The notes beneath the pieces were generated by a model. It had not been told where the DNA came from. It did not search any database and worked only from the letters and a program-made list of their open reading frames with translations. Shown one piece after another: positions 16,616 to 27,528 of a stretch of 64,000 nucleotides of DNA. The position numbers were made by a program, and so were the translations under genes. Position 1 is the first letter of the stretch. Each line of letters begins with the position of its first letter. Source of the stretch: a virus; IMG/VR virus record IMGVR_UViG_3300049215_000481, positions 14,857 through 78,856 of that record, one strand, 5' to 3'.

Positions 16616-19141
16616 ATGGCGACCCAAGTGCCGGGCCCTGTGACCCCGGGTGCGTTGTTCGATCTGGCCCGCGCGAATGAACTCGCGCCTGGGCAGGAGA
16701 CGGACAAGACCTGGTACCGCGAGCCCACCATCGCGGGTGCCAAGTGGAACCAGCTCTTCCCGTACCAGCTCATCGTCGTCGATCGCCAGGCCGACGGCAC
16801 GTACGTGCGGCGCCGCGAGAAGGGCTGGACCTACACACTGCCGATGTCGCCCGAGTCGCTCTCGATCGAGATGCCGTTCGCGATCACGACGTCGGTCACG
16901 ATGGGCGGCTACGTCGAGCACCACAACGGCACGCCCATCCGCATGCTGCAGCTCTCGGGCACCTTCGGCGTGTTCTTCGGCCGCGGTGAGGCCAAGGTGC
17001 CCCCGCAGTTGACGTTCGCCGAGTCCATCCTGGGCGGCACCATCTCCGCCTTCCAGAGCACTCTGCAGGCCGCGCGAGACATCCCAAGCGCGTACACGGG
17101 CAAGGAGTACAACACCAACTCCGCCGACGCGAACTCGTTCGACTCGGGCCAGGCCAACGAGAAGGCCACCGGCTACTTCCAGGCTCGCCTGCTGCAGGCG
17201 TTCTTCGACTCCTACGCCGAGTTCAAGAAGACGAAGGCCGGGCGCAACTCGCGCCTGGCATTCGCCATCTGGAAGCAGGAGGCCGTCTACCTCGTGCAGC
17301 CCATCGACTACCGGGCCACGCAGTCGGCTGACAGTCCGCTGGAGTACCGCTACTCGCTCACCCTGAAGGCGACCAAGCGCGTGAAGCTCACCCAGGGCGC
17401 GATGGACATCGCCGTCCCGTACGTGCCCGTGCAGCGCGACCCGGGCAAGCTGGCCAAGCTCCTCGCGACGGTCACGCAGGCTCGGCAGGTCCTCCAGAAC
17501 GCCCGCAAGACGATCATCGCCATCGGCGGCGACGTCGAGCACTCGCTATTCGAGCCGATGCGCGAGCTGTCCATGTTCGCCAAGGACGCGCTGGCGGTCC
17601 CGCTCTCGATCGCGGACCTCGGCGACAGCCTCGTCCAGTCGACGCGCACCGCAGTGATGGACCTGGCCCAGACTCGCAACGACATCACCCACTTCCCGCA
17701 GAACATCCGCGGCGCCTACGGGTCGTACACGAAGGACCTCAAGGACTCGTACGAGTCCATCCGCCAGTTCAACGCAGAGCGGAGTGACGACGACGGCAGG
17801 GACGACCCGACCCGCAGTGCGGACGCGGCGACGAGCAGCCGCAACGCTCACCCGGCCAACAACCCGTTCCTGAACCCGTCTGACAACTTCTCGTTCTTCT
17901 CGACCATCAGCGTGGGTGACCTGCACCTGCCTCCCGCGACGATGACGAAGATCGCGGCTGAGCGCGAGCGGGTCCGCAACCTGACCAGGGCCGACTTCGA
18001 GGCGCGCCGCAACGCCATCAGCGCCGTCACGGCGAACTTCGCCAACGCCATCGGCCTCGGCTCCTCGACGTACAACGCCACGTACAACATCACGGCGCCG
18101 ACCAACCAGGCTGTCACGCGCGCAACCGACGAGGACTTCGAGGCGCTCTTCGCGCTCAACGCCCTCATCATGGAGATGAACCGCCTCGTGGTCACGACTG
18201 ACCGCGAGCCGCGCGCCCTCATCGACGCCATCGCGTCCGTCGCCGGCATGGCCTCTCGCTCGGGCATCGCCTTCCAGATGCCGCGCTCGAAGTACGCCGT
18301 GCCCTTCCCGTACGGCAGCACGCTGGAGATGCTCTCCACCCTGTACCTGGGCACCCCGGACCGCTGGCACGAGATCGCGGCCCTCAACGGGCTTCAGGCT
18401 CCTTACGTCGACGAGCAGGGCTTCGAGCTGCCGCTGCTGACCACCGGCGCCGGCAACACGCTCCTCGTCGAGGACGCGTCTCAGCTCTTCGTCGGTCAGC
18501 CCGTGTGGGTCGAGTCGATCGGGAAGCTCCGCAGTAAGCGCCGCGTGACGAAGATCGACCACCTGTCGGCCGACCAACACCTCATCACGGTCGACGGCCC
18601 CGCCGACCTCGACGGCTACTCGCCGCAGTCGTTGGCGAAGCTGATCGCGTTCCTCCCGAACACGGTCAACTCCCAGATGCTCATCTACATCCCGAGCAGC
18701 ATCGAGCCGAAGGACGGCGACTTCCAGACGAAGTCCATCCCGGGCGTCGACGAGTTCGACCGTCTCATCGCAGTGGGCGGCGTGGACCTCCTGCTCGACC
18801 AGAAGAACGACCTCATCATCACTCCGGACGGCGACGCGCGCTGGGCGGTCGGCCTCACGAACATCATCCAGAAGGTGCGCCTCGCACTCTCAGTGCGCCA
18901 GGGGACGCTCAACCGTCACCCGGAGTACGGCCTTCCGCTCGTCGTGGGCCAGAGTATCGCCGACACGGACGCGGTCGACATCGCGAAGGCGGTGCAGAGC
19001 ATGGTCGCCGGTGACCCGACCTTCACCGGCGTGAGGGGCGCGACGGTCAACATCACAGGTCCGGTGGCGCGTCTCGCGTTCGGCGTCGAGGTGTCCGGCG
19101 TCTCACAAGTCATCCCGGTGTCCATCGACGTGAAGCAGTAG
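16616..19141 (+). CDS. Baseplate/tail initiator multidomain protein (tube-initiator-like N-terminus, LysM-like, gp25/W-like C-terminus)
   Basis: LPMSPESLSI..T.TMGGYVE N-terminus; GSTLEMLSTLYLGTPDRWHEIAALNGL (LysM-like); GLTNIIQ..L....GTLNRHPEYG (gp25-like). Confidence 0.7.
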   Translation: MATQVPGPVTPGALFDLARANELAPGQETDKTWYREPTIAGAKWNQLFPYQLIVVDRQADGTYVRRREKGWTYTLPMSPESLSIEMPFAITTSVTMGGYVEHHNGTPIRMLQLSGTFGVFFGRGEAKVPPQLTFAESILGGTISAFQSTLQAARDIPSAYTGKEYNTNSADANSFDSGQANEKATGYFQARLLQAFFDSYAEFKKTKAGRNSRLAFAIWKQEAVYLVQPIDYRATQSADSPLEYRYSLTLKATKRVKLTQGAMDIAVPYVPVQRDPGKLAKLLATVTQARQVLQNARKTIIAIGGDVEHSLFEPMRELSMFAKDALAVPLSIADLGDSLVQSTRTAVMDLAQTRNDITHFPQNIRGAYGSYTKDLKDSYESIRQFNAERSDDDGRDDPTRSADAATSSRNAHPANNPFLNPSDNFSFFSTISVGDLHLPPATMTKIAAERERVRNLTRADFEARRNAISAVTANFANAIGLGSSTYNATYNITAPTNQAVTRATDEDFEALFALNALIMEMNRLVVTTDREPRALIDAIASVAGMASRSGIAFQMPRSKYAVPFPYGSTLEMLSTLYLGTPDRWHEIAALNGLQAPYVDEQGFELPLLTTGAGNTLLVEDASQLFVGQPVWVESIGKLRSKRRVTKIDHLSADQHLITVDGPADLDGYSPQSLAKLIAFLPNTVNSQMLIYIPSSIEPKDGDFQTKSIPGVDEFDRLIAVGGVDLLLDQKNDLIITPDGDARWAVGLTNIIQKVRLALSVRQGTLNRHPEYGLPLVVGQSIADTDAVDIAKAVQSMVAGDPTFTGVRGATVNITGPVARLAFGVEVSGVSQVIPVSIDVKQ

Positions 19142-19196
19142 TAGAGCTTCTAAGACCCCCGCGGAATCACATTCTTCGCGTCACAATCTTTATCGT

Positions 19197-19796
19197 GTGC
19201 CGCCTAGTAAGTTCGGTTGGAAGTTCAAGGATCTGTCTGGCCAGCAGTTCGGCCGCCTAACAGTCCTCGCAGAGTGCGGAAGAGACGCTCACGGCAATGT
19301 GCGCTGGAAGTGTCACTGCTCGTGCGGCGAGATCAAGGTCATCTCAGGCGCCAGCCTGAGGCGCGGTCTGACCCGCTCTTGTGGTTGTTTCATCGGAGAC
19401 TCGCATCGTGAGCGTGCCCAGCTCAAGCACGAAGAGAGCGGAGGCAGGACTGGGGCGTTCAGACTGCTCGTAAATCAGTACAGGTCTGACGCACGAGATC
19501 GCGGACACGCCTGGGAGCTTTCCGACGATCTGGTCGCATCCCTTACCTCGGGATGTTGTCGATACTGCGGGAAACCGCCGTCGCAGACTATCAAGTCGCG
19601 CAAGCGTCTCTACATCTACAACGGCATCGATCGGGTAGACAACCGCGTTGGTTACGTACCTGGGAACGTGGTTCCGTGTTGTGGACCATGCAACCGAATG
19701 AAGCGAGACATGAGCGCGGACGAGTTCTTCTCGCTGGTATCCGCCATCTACGAGCATTCGGCCCGGCCGCAATCTTTGGCCATGAACCATGGCTGA
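19197..19796 (+). CDS. HNH homing endonuclease
   Basis: DLSGQQFGRLTVL..WKCHCSCG..LRRG.TRSCGC; CRYCG..NGIDRVDN..GY..GNVVPCCGPCNRMK; lower-GC codon usage. Confidence 0.9.
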   Translation: MPPSKFGWKFKDLSGQQFGRLTVLAECGRDAHGNVRWKCHCSCGEIKVISGASLRRGLTRSCGCFIGDSHRERAQLKHEESGGRTGAFRLLVNQYRSDARDRGHAWELSDDLVASLTSGCCRYCGKPPSQTIKSRKRLYIYNGIDRVDNRVGYVPGNVVPCCGPCNRMKRDMSADEFFSLVSAIYEHSARPQSLAMNHG

Positions 19797-22700
19797 CACT
19801 CCTACGCCGCGCAGTTACCAGCAGGCCCTCGGTGACCTGATCGACGCCTTTCTATCGAGGCAGGGACTGAAAAAGCTGCGGGTCGGATCTCCGCTGCTTT
19901 CCATCATGGAGGCTGCAGCCCAGAGCGACATGCGTTCGAGCCAGGACACCTTCGGGCTCCTGAACGCCGTCTCGCTCGACAAGGCCACCGGCCTCGCGCT
20001 GGAGCGCATCGGCAACGACGAGAACGTGCCGAAGTACCAGCAGAGCGCGACGACCGGCACCGTCGACATCTCGGACGCGTCATTCACGAAGAGGGCGACG
20101 AAGCTCTTCCAGGGCTCCCCTGCCCCCATCGCGGGCTCGATGACCATCGACGTCGTCGACGCCGGCCTGTGGCCCAGCAGCGGCCAGCTCTACATCGGCC
20201 GCGGCACGCCCAACTACGAAGGGCCCATCTCGTACACCTCGAAGGTGAACGCCGGCACGCACTACACCATCACGCTCGCGGCTGGCACGGCCCGGTTCCA
20301 CAACACGTCCGAGTCCGTGATCCTCGCCCAGGGCGGCAACCGTCAGATCGGCCAGGGCGTCATCGTCAAGACGCCGCAGGCGAACACGTCGGACGCCGTC
20401 GAGTTCACGATCGTCACGCAGCGGACCATCCCCGACGGCGAGACCCTCGTCTCGGGCGTCGAGGTCCGCGCGCTGAAGCCCGGCAACATCGGCAACGTCC
20501 CGGCGGGCGCCATCAAGGAGTGGTCGGCTGAGCCGTTCGCGGGCGCGACGGTCACGAACCCCGGCCCCTTCAGCAACGGCCGCGAGACGGAGACGGACGA
20601 CGACTACCGCGAGCGCATCAAGAACGTGCGGCGCTCTCGCGCGCTCGGCACGTCGCTCGCCATCACCAACGCAGTCGACGGCATCACGGCCCCAGACGAG
20701 AACAAGCGCGTCAGCTCCGCATCGCTCGTGCCGCGGCTGAACCTCGCCTCCACGCTCTACATCGACGACGGCACCGGCTACGAAGAGAAGCAGGCTGGCG
20801 TCGCCATCGAGACCCTGGCGGACTCGGCGGTCGGCGGCGAGCTGTACTTCGAGACGAAGCAGCGCCCGGTCGCGCGCGCCTTCGCGGTCACGCAGAACTC
20901 GGCTCCGTACACCCTGACGCCGGGCGCCCAGCTCGCGGTGAAGGTCGGCGGACGGACGTTCATGCACACCTTCAACGTGGTCGACTTCGTGTCGATCGCG
21001 AACGCGTCGGCCTACGAAGTCGTGGCGTCGATCAACGGCAACCCCACGATCGGCTTCCGCGCCCGCACGGCCGAGTCGGGCACCAAGGTCGCCCTGTTCG
21101 CTGACGTCGACGCGAACGAGGACGTCGAGGTCGTCGCGGCTGCGTTCAACGACTCGAACCCGGCTCTCGGCTTCCCGCCGGGCATCAACTACACGATGCA
21201 GCTCTACCGCAACGACCGCCTCCTGACCAAGGACGGCGTGATCGCGGCGTTCGTCGGCGAGAACGTCTCGCAGTGGGACTCGGTGAGCGGCTCGCAGACC
21301 CTGGTGGTCGCGGTCGACAACACCCCCGCGCAGACGTACGCGTTCGTCGACCAGGACTTCGTGGACGCCCGCACGGGCTACTCGACGGTCGCGCGCAACA
21401 CGATTGCCGCATGGTGTGCGGTGATTGAGGCCAAGATTCCCGGCATCACGGCGACCGAGGACGCGGGCCGCATCGTGCTCACCTCCACCGCTGGTCCGGC
21501 GGCGAAGGCTGCTGTCGAGGTCCTCGGCGGTACCCTGGTCAGCCACAAGTTCTTCAGTACGGGCAAGGTCGTGGGCAAGGCTCGCGACTACACGCTCGAC
21601 CGCAACAACGCGCAGATCCGTCTGGAGCAGCCGCTGCTGGCCGGCGACAAGCTCACGATCGGCTCACAGTACACCCGCGCGTTCATCGAGTCGGACGTCA
21701 TCCCTCCGACCTCGATCGGCGGCGTGGCCCGTTTCTGGTTCGTGATCGACGGCGACGCCGAGGTGGTGCCCACGGGCGTCACGGGCGGCACGACTCTCGC
21801 CATCGCCCCCACGGCGGCCCACCCGAGCGGCAACGTCGTCACGCTGACGGCGAGCGCCGGCACCCCGTTCGTGAACGCCCGAGCGGGCGACTGGCTCATT
21901 ACCTGGGACCCGGCCCTCGACGCCTCCATCCAGGGTGCCTTCCGCATCGCGGAGGCTGCGCCCACCTACCTGCGCATCGAGCGCCGAGCCGGCACCGCCG
22001 TCCGCGTCGGTCACCGCGCCGCCGCCCTCCAGGCGTCCGGCGCCTCCATGTGCAAGGTCCTGATCTGCGGCGGCAGCTACCGCGTCAGCGACATCTACGG
22101 CGTCAACTACGGCACGCCCACGGCTGAGCTGTACGACCCGAACACGAAGACGTCGACGCCCGTGGCGCCGATGAACTTCGCGCGCACGTTCCACTCGGCG
22201 ACGCTGGTCCCGAGCGGCAAGGTGGTCGTGGCGGGCGGCTTCGACGGCAACGGCAAGCCGGTCAAGGCCATCGAGATCTTCGACCCGGTCGCGGGCACGT
22301 GGACCCTCTCGGCGGTCCAGCTCACCACCGGCGTCGGTCACCACACGGCAACCTTGATGGCCGACGGCCGCATCGTGTTCGCTGGCGGCAACGCCGGCAC
22401 CGGCGGCGCGGTCGACGCGCTCCAGGTGTACGACCCGGTCGCCGACACCATCACGGTCGCAGCTCACCTCGTGCACCCGCGTGCGAAGCACAAGGCGGTG
22501 CTGATGCCGAACAACGACATCCTGATCGCGGGCGGTTACGACGCGAGCTTCACGGACCAGGCGACGGTCGAGGTGTTCTCGCACACGACCCTGCTGACGA
22601 CGGCCGGCATCCACAACATGAACCGCGCGCGCTCGGGCTTCGGCCTCGCCGTGGTCGGCACGTCGCCCACCAAGGTGATGGCGGTCGGCAACAGGAAGGG

Positions 22701-25700
22701 CGCGGCTGGCAACAACACCTACGAGCTGTACGACATCGCGGCCACCACGTGGGGCGCCGAGACGCCTTTCCCGGCGGGCGGCCAGACGTTCGAAGAGAAC
22801 GACGCCATCACCCTGACGAACGGTCACGTCGTCGGCGTGCACGGCTACGACGGCGGCGTCTGCGTCGGCTTCACGTACAACGGCACGACGTTCACCGAGA
22901 CCTTCCCGGACCCGACGCTCGACGTGAACGTCAAGTGGGCCGGTCAGTACGTCGAGATCAAGAACGGCAGCGGGACCATCAAGAACATCGTGGGCGCGTT
23001 CGGCGGCGCCTGCGAGCTGTCGCCCGGCTGGGGCTTCCTGCCCACGGCGAGCATCGAGCAGTACGACGAGGTCGGCGCGACGTGGACGGTTCCCGACCCG
23101 GCGACGACCACGGGCGTCACGCTCGCGAACCAGGGTCTCGCCATCGTCCGCACGAGCGGCATCGTGCGCGAGGTCGACCTGCCCATCGGCACCAACTACA
23201 CCGCGTCCACGGTCGCGGCGGCACTGAACACGGGCCTGGTCGGCGCGGTCGCGTCCGTCTACAAGACGAACCAGCTCCGCATCTCGACTGCCACGTTCGC
23301 GAAGGGCGGCGACATCGCCCTCGTCGCCCAGAACCAGCTCGCACCGAGCTTCCAGCTCGACACGGGCTCGGCGGTCTCGAACCTGACGGGCCACATGGCA
23401 GCCATCGAGTCGGGCAACAGCGACCTCGGCACCCCGTCCTTCGACGAAACGCGCATCTTCGGCACGACCAAGACGGGCGCGAACGCGGAGTCGGTCCTCG
23501 TCGGCACCGGCAACACGTACGTCAACTACGGCCTGGTCGGCCTGAAGAGCTGGTGGGGCGGCGCCGACGGCGACAGCTCCTTCGACGGCGCGGCGTACTT
23601 CTACCCGCGCGAGGGCAACAACTTCGGTTTCCGGACGCGCCTGAAGACGGCGCAGTCCTACGGTACTGCCGCGAGGCTGGACGTTCGAACCAGCAGCATC
23701 GAGCCATGGTCCCCGCTGGATCGCGCCTACCTCGCGGCTCCTTTTGCCATCGGTCCGAACGACGACCTCACGGTCCTCGTCGACAACGACACGAACAAGC
23801 GCTTCACCGTCAAGATGTGGCGGAAGCTGCAGACGGTCGGTGGGACGTACGCGGCGACGAACACCTTCCGCGACGCGGACGGTGGCGGCGCATCGCTCGC
23901 GGCGACGTTCGGCCTCGGCTACAGCTTCAACGACTTCGCGGTCTACATGAAGGCGCGCGCTGTGGCCTACTCGGACCCGACACAGCAGATGCTGTTCCGC
24001 TACTTCCGCTTCGGTGCGGAGGGTGAGGCGGCCCGCGTCCGCATCGGCAACCCGCTGGGTCCGACGGCCCAGGTGTCGGTCGGCGTCGACCTCGTCAGCG
24101 ACGAGAACAACGAGAACATCACGATCCGCCTGGCCTCCGGCGCACTCCGTTCGCCGACGCTTAACAGCACCACCCAGGTCGGGCAGGCGTGCTACGGACA
24201 CTCGGCCGGCGACGTGGCGAAGTTCGTCTACGTCCTCAACCTCCCCATCTCCTCGGCCTCGCGCACGACGAACGTCGACACGCTCACGCTGACCCTGCCG
24301 CCGTCCATCACGGACCACGGCCTGAACGTCAACGACGTCGTGTGGGTGAACTCGACGAACATCAACTTCGCCTCGGGCCTGAAGACGATCACGGCGCGCA
24401 CGTCGACGACCATCTCCTACGCTGAGACGGCGGCCGACCAGGGCGCGACGGCCAACATCGGCACGGTGTCTAAAGACGCGGCGGCCGAGGCAACGTTCAA
24501 CGGGTCCTCGACGGTGGCTGGCGACTTCCTCCGCATCAACGACCCGGGCGTTCTGGGCGGCAACGCGACGATGCGCATCGCCGCGGTGACGAACAGCTAC
24601 GCCCAGACGACCTCGGGCGACCAGATCGACGGGCACGGCGTCGCCAGCGGCACCACGCTCTCGTGGACGCCTCTCGTCTCGGCGTCTGCCTTCCAGGTGT
24701 TCTCGAACCCCGCCCAGACCGCCACGCAGGTAGCCGCGAAGGTGAACTCGCTGGCGAGCGGCTCGACGTCGAAGTGCCCGATCACGGTCACGCTGCTCGG
24801 CAGCGGCGCTGGCACGATCGACCGTTCGACGCCCGACTTCCTGGACGACAACGTCGCGTGGTACCAGCTCGCGGACGGCATCAACTGGGTCCAGACGACG
24901 ACGTCACCGGGCTCGAACGTCGGTGACTACACCCTGCTCTTCAAGCGTCCCACGACCGGCTCGCTCGCCACGGGTGCCGACTGGGCGAACGAGGAGGTCC
25001 GCATCGCTCCCTCGACGACCGCCAACGTCGTCGCGTGGCTCAACACGCCCACGGTGACGGGTCTCTTCACGGTCTGCTCCATCCAGGCGTCGCAGGACGG
25101 TGAGAAGGTCCAGATCAGCTCGAAGACCCCGGGCTCGGTCGGCGCAGTGCAGGTTCAGGGCGGCTCGGCCAACGCCGCGACGACCGTGGTGGTGGGCAGC
25201 CCCGTCTCGGTCGGCAACAAGACCGTCTCGACGGTGGCGCGCGCCTTCTTCGACAGCTTCACCGGCGGGTCGTGGTGCCGCATCGACAACGAGAACACCG
25301 TGCCTCGCGCCCTGCTCTTCGGTACGGGCGTGACCCTACTCTCCCTGAGCGCTGACGGCACGGCCGTGTTCGACACGAGCGTCGCCAACCTCACCTACAG
25401 CCCCACGCAGTTGAAGGTCCAGGTCGAGAAGACGGGCAACTACGTCGCCATCTCCGACATGGGCATGAACGGCCTGGTCTTCTGGAACAGCGTGGAGCCG
25501 GGCAGCGTCGTGCGCCTCAGCCCGTCCACGGCACCGACGGCCAACATGCCGCAGATGTCGAGCGCCAACCAAGGCCTGTTCCGCGTCCTGCGGGTCGGCC
25601 AGTCGTTCGTCGGCTCGGGCGGCACGCTGTACATCGAGAACCCCAACGCGATCCCCGAGCGCTCGGAGTGCACCCTCACGATCTTCTCCCCGGACTCGGT

Positions 25701-26526
25701 GATGCCGGGCGACAAGTTCGTGGTCGCCACCTCCGTGATGGGCGTGGAGAACCAGGGCGTGTGGACTGTTCGCTCGGTCGGCGACACGGACGGCTCGTCG
25801 GGCGACCCGTTCGCTCACACGGACCGCTTCATCCTCGACACCACGGAGCGCACGCCGCTCCCGCAGACGAACATCGCCTTCTCGAACGACACGACGCTGG
25901 GTCTCGTCCGCGTGGTCGAGGGCACTCCCGCGAGCTTCCTGATGAAGCTGGAGGCGGTGGCCCCCAACCAGGACGACGGGGCGTACCTCGACATCCGCTG
26001 GGACAGGGACATCGCCAGCTCGACGATCGCCGGCTCTGCTGGGTCGGTCGTGACCGCGCTCGACAAGCTCGACTTCCCGCTGGACTTCATCTCGGGCATC
26101 GACGGCTACAGCTACAACACCGGTCTGATCGGTGAGGCGAACCGGGTGGTCTACGGCGACCCGTCCGACACGGCGACCTACCCGGGCGTCGCGGCGGCGA
26201 GCGCGCGGATCAACATCTCGGGCCCGCTCGTGAAGCGCATCACCCTGGCCCTGGCTCTGCGCGTCCGCTCGGGCGTCAGCAACCAGGACATCGCCGACCG
26301 GGTGCGCTCGGCCGTGGCGACCGTCATCAACCAGACGGGCATCGGCCAGCCGATCGCGCTCTCGACGGTCGTCGCTGCGGCGGCGAAGGTCGTCGGCGTG
26401 ATCTCGGTGTCGGTCCTCTCGCCCACCTACAGCGTGGGCAACGACCTCATTGCGGTGCAGCCGTTCGAGAAGCCGCTGGTCCTGAACCTGAACAGCGACA
26501 TCCAGATCTCGTTCGCCGGAGAGTAG
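19789..26526 (+). CDS. Giant baseplate wedge (J/gp47-like) protein with an inserted Kelch beta-propeller, 2245 aa
   Basis: ATGLALERIG, VRA..PG.IGNVPAGAI, VTNP..FSNGRETETDDDYRERI (baseplate J); Kelch repeats (MNFARTFHSATL..GKVVVAGG..IEIFDP..GTW); J-type C-terminus (V..AV..VIN..GIGQPI). Confidence 0.85.
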   Translation: MADTPTPRSYQQALGDLIDAFLSRQGLKKLRVGSPLLSIMEAAAQSDMRSSQDTFGLLNAVSLDKATGLALERIGNDENVPKYQQSATTGTVDISDASFTKRATKLFQGSPAPIAGSMTIDVVDAGLWPSSGQLYIGRGTPNYEGPISYTSKVNAGTHYTITLAAGTARFHNTSESVILAQGGNRQIGQGVIVKTPQANTSDAVEFTIVTQRTIPDGETLVSGVEVRALKPGNIGNVPAGAIKEWSAEPFAGATVTNPGPFSNGRETETDDDYRERIKNVRRSRALGTSLAITNAVDGITAPDENKRVSSASLVPRLNLASTLYIDDGTGYEEKQAGVAIETLADSAVGGELYFETKQRPVARAFAVTQNSAPYTLTPGAQLAVKVGGRTFMHTFNVVDFVSIANASAYEVVASINGNPTIGFRARTAESGTKVALFADVDANEDVEVVAAAFNDSNPALGFPPGINYTMQLYRNDRLLTKDGVIAAFVGENVSQWDSVSGSQTLVVAVDNTPAQTYAFVDQDFVDARTGYSTVARNTIAAWCAVIEAKIPGITATEDAGRIVLTSTAGPAAKAAVEVLGGTLVSHKFFSTGKVVGKARDYTLDRNNAQIRLEQPLLAGDKLTIGSQYTRAFIESDVIPPTSIGGVARFWFVIDGDAEVVPTGVTGGTTLAIAPTAAHPSGNVVTLTASAGTPFVNARAGDWLITWDPALDASIQGAFRIAEAAPTYLRIERRAGTAVRVGHRAAALQASGASMCKVLICGGSYRVSDIYGVNYGTPTAELYDPNTKTSTPVAPMNFARTFHSATLVPSGKVVVAGGFDGNGKPVKAIEIFDPVAGTWTLSAVQLTTGVGHHTATLMADGRIVFAGGNAGTGGAVDALQVYDPVADTITVAAHLVHPRAKHKAVLMPNNDILIAGGYDASFTDQATVEVFSHTTLLTTAGIHNMNRARSGFGLAVVGTSPTKVMAVGNRKGAAGNNTYELYDIAATTWGAETPFPAGGQTFEENDAITLTNGHVVGVHGYDGGVCVGFTYNGTTFTETFPDPTLDVNVKWAGQYVEIKNGSGTIKNIVGAFGGACELSPGWGFLPTASIEQYDEVGATWTVPDPATTTGVTLANQGLAIVRTSGIVREVDLPIGTNYTASTVAAALNTGLVGAVASVYKTNQLRISTATFAKGGDIALVAQNQLAPSFQLDTGSAVSNLTGHMAAIESGNSDLGTPSFDETRIFGTTKTGANAESVLVGTGNTYVNYGLVGLKSWWGGADGDSSFDGAAYFYPREGNNFGFRTRLKTAQSYGTAARLDVRTSSIEPWSPLDRAYLAAPFAIGPNDDLTVLVDNDTNKRFTVKMWRKLQTVGGTYAATNTFRDADGGGASLAATFGLGYSFNDFAVYMKARAVAYSDPTQQMLFRYFRFGAEGEAARVRIGNPLGPTAQVSVGVDLVSDENNENITIRLASGALRSPTLNSTTQVGQACYGHSAGDVAKFVYVLNLPISSASRTTNVDTLTLTLPPSITDHGLNVNDVVWVNSTNINFASGLKTITARTSTTISYAETAADQGATANIGTVSKDAAAEATFNGSSTVAGDFLRINDPGVLGGNATMRIAAVTNSYAQTTSGDQIDGHGVASGTTLSWTPLVSASAFQVFSNPAQTATQVAAKVNSLASGSTSKCPITVTLLGSGAGTIDRSTPDFLDDNVAWYQLADGINWVQTTTSPGSNVGDYTLLFKRPTTGSLATGADWANEEVRIAPSTTANVVAWLNTPTVTGLFTVCSIQASQDGEKVQISSKTPGSVGAVQVQGGSANAATTVVVGSPVSVGNKTVSTVARAFFDSFTGGSWCRIDNENTVPRALLFGTGVTLLSLSADGTAVFDTSVANLTYSPTQLKVQVEKTGNYVAISDMGMNGLVFWNSVEPGSVVRLSPSTAPTANMPQMSSANQGLFRVLRVGQSFVGSGGTLYIENPNAIPERSECTLTIFSPDSVMPGDKFVVATSVMGVENQGVWTVRSVGDTDGSSGDPFAHTDRFILDTTERTPLPQTNIAFSNDTTLGLVRVVEGTPASFLMKLEAVAPNQDDGAYLDIRWDRDIASSTIAGSAGSVVTALDKLDFPLDFISGIDGYSYNTGLIGEANRVVYGDPSDTATYPGVAAASARINISGPLVKRITLALALRVRSGVSNQDIADRVRSAVATVINQTGIGQPIALSTVVAAAAKVVGVISVSVLSPTYSVGNDLIAVQPFEKPLVLNLNSDIQISFAGE

Positions 26527-26571
26527 CCCGAGAGCCGCTCACAATCTTGGAGGGGAAAGGTATTTCCCCGA

Positions 26572-27021
26572 ATGAGCCTCTCGAACGCAGCCGAGTCCGA
26601 TCTCCTCAAGCTTCTCTTCCAGAACGTCACCTGGGCAGGTCTCGGTGACGTGACCGGCGTCGTAGGCAGCGGCGCCGCGGGCAGCCTGTACGTCGCACTC
26701 CACACTGCTGACCCCGGCGAGGCCGGCAATCAGTCCACGAGCGAGGCGAACTACACAGGCTACGCTCGCGTGGCTGTCGCCCGTTCGGCGGGCGGCTGGA
26801 CTGTCTCTGGCACAGCTCCCACGCAGGTGGCGAATGCTGGGGACATCACGTTCGGTGCCTGCACCGCCGGCTCGAACACGATCACTCACTTCTCGATCGG
26901 CCTCGCGTCGTCCGGCGCCAACGAGATCCTCGCGTCTGGCGCGGTGTCGTCGCCGCTGCCAGTCGGCGCCGGCATCACCCCCGCCTTCGCGATCGGGCAG
27001 CTCACCACGACGGTGGACTAA
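26572..27021 (+). CDS. Tail fiber/virion protein
   Basis: LYVALHTADPGEAG..EANYTGYARVAV...ITF...TITHF signature common in phage tail proteins. Confidence 0.7.
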   Translation: MSLSNAAESDLLKLLFQNVTWAGLGDVTGVVGSGAAGSLYVALHTADPGEAGNQSTSEANYTGYARVAVARSAGGWTVSGTAPTQVANAGDITFGACTAGSNTITHFSIGLASSGANEILASGAVSSPLPVGAGITPAFAIGQLTTTVD

Positions 27022-27024
27022 TCC

Positions 27025-27525
27025 ATGGCCGACAACAAGCTTGCGTACGTAAATAGTGCGCCGGTAACGATCTCGCTCGCCTCTCTGGCGTCGTCGAGCG
27101 CGCTGGTGTCCGGCCGCAGCTCCGTCCTGATCGACAACACGTCGGACAAATTCCTCGACAGGCAGTATTCGGTCAAGATCAAGATGGGCACGTCGCCCAC
27201 CGTGGGCCAGATCGAGGTCTGGTGCATCCCGGTCATGGACGACACGCCGACCTACTTCGACACGTTCGACGGCACCGACAAGAACGTGACCGTGACGTCG
27301 CGAGGCATGCTCGTCTCGTACGGCATCCTGCTGGCCACCATCCAGATGGACAGCACCACCACGGGCGCCAACTTCTCGTGCTACGCGCCGCTGGCGGCGC
27401 GAGTCGGGTCGATCATCCCGCGCAAGTACCAGCTCTTCATCACGCACAACTGCGTCGCCGCCCTGAACTCCACCGGTGGCAACCACGTCGTTACGGAGCT
27501 TTCTTCGTACATCACGACGGTGTAA
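27025..27525 (+). CDS. Virion-associated protein
   Basis: 166 aa beta-rich ORF in the tail operon. Confidence 0.6.
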   Translation: MADNKLAYVNSAPVTISLASLASSSALVSGRSSVLIDNTSDKFLDRQYSVKIKMGTSPTVGQIEVWCIPVMDDTPTYFDTFDGTDKNVTVTSRGMLVSYGILLATIQMDSTTTGANFSCYAPLAARVGSIIPRKYQLFITHNCVAALNSTGGNHVVTELSSYITTV

Positions 27526-27528
27526 CCG

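Noticed and set aside
20080-24636. Long antisense ORFs (e.g. 21664..24636, 20080..21546; likewise 59080..60963, 51368..53290)
   Set aside because: Shadow frames of GC3-rich real genes, with no motifs
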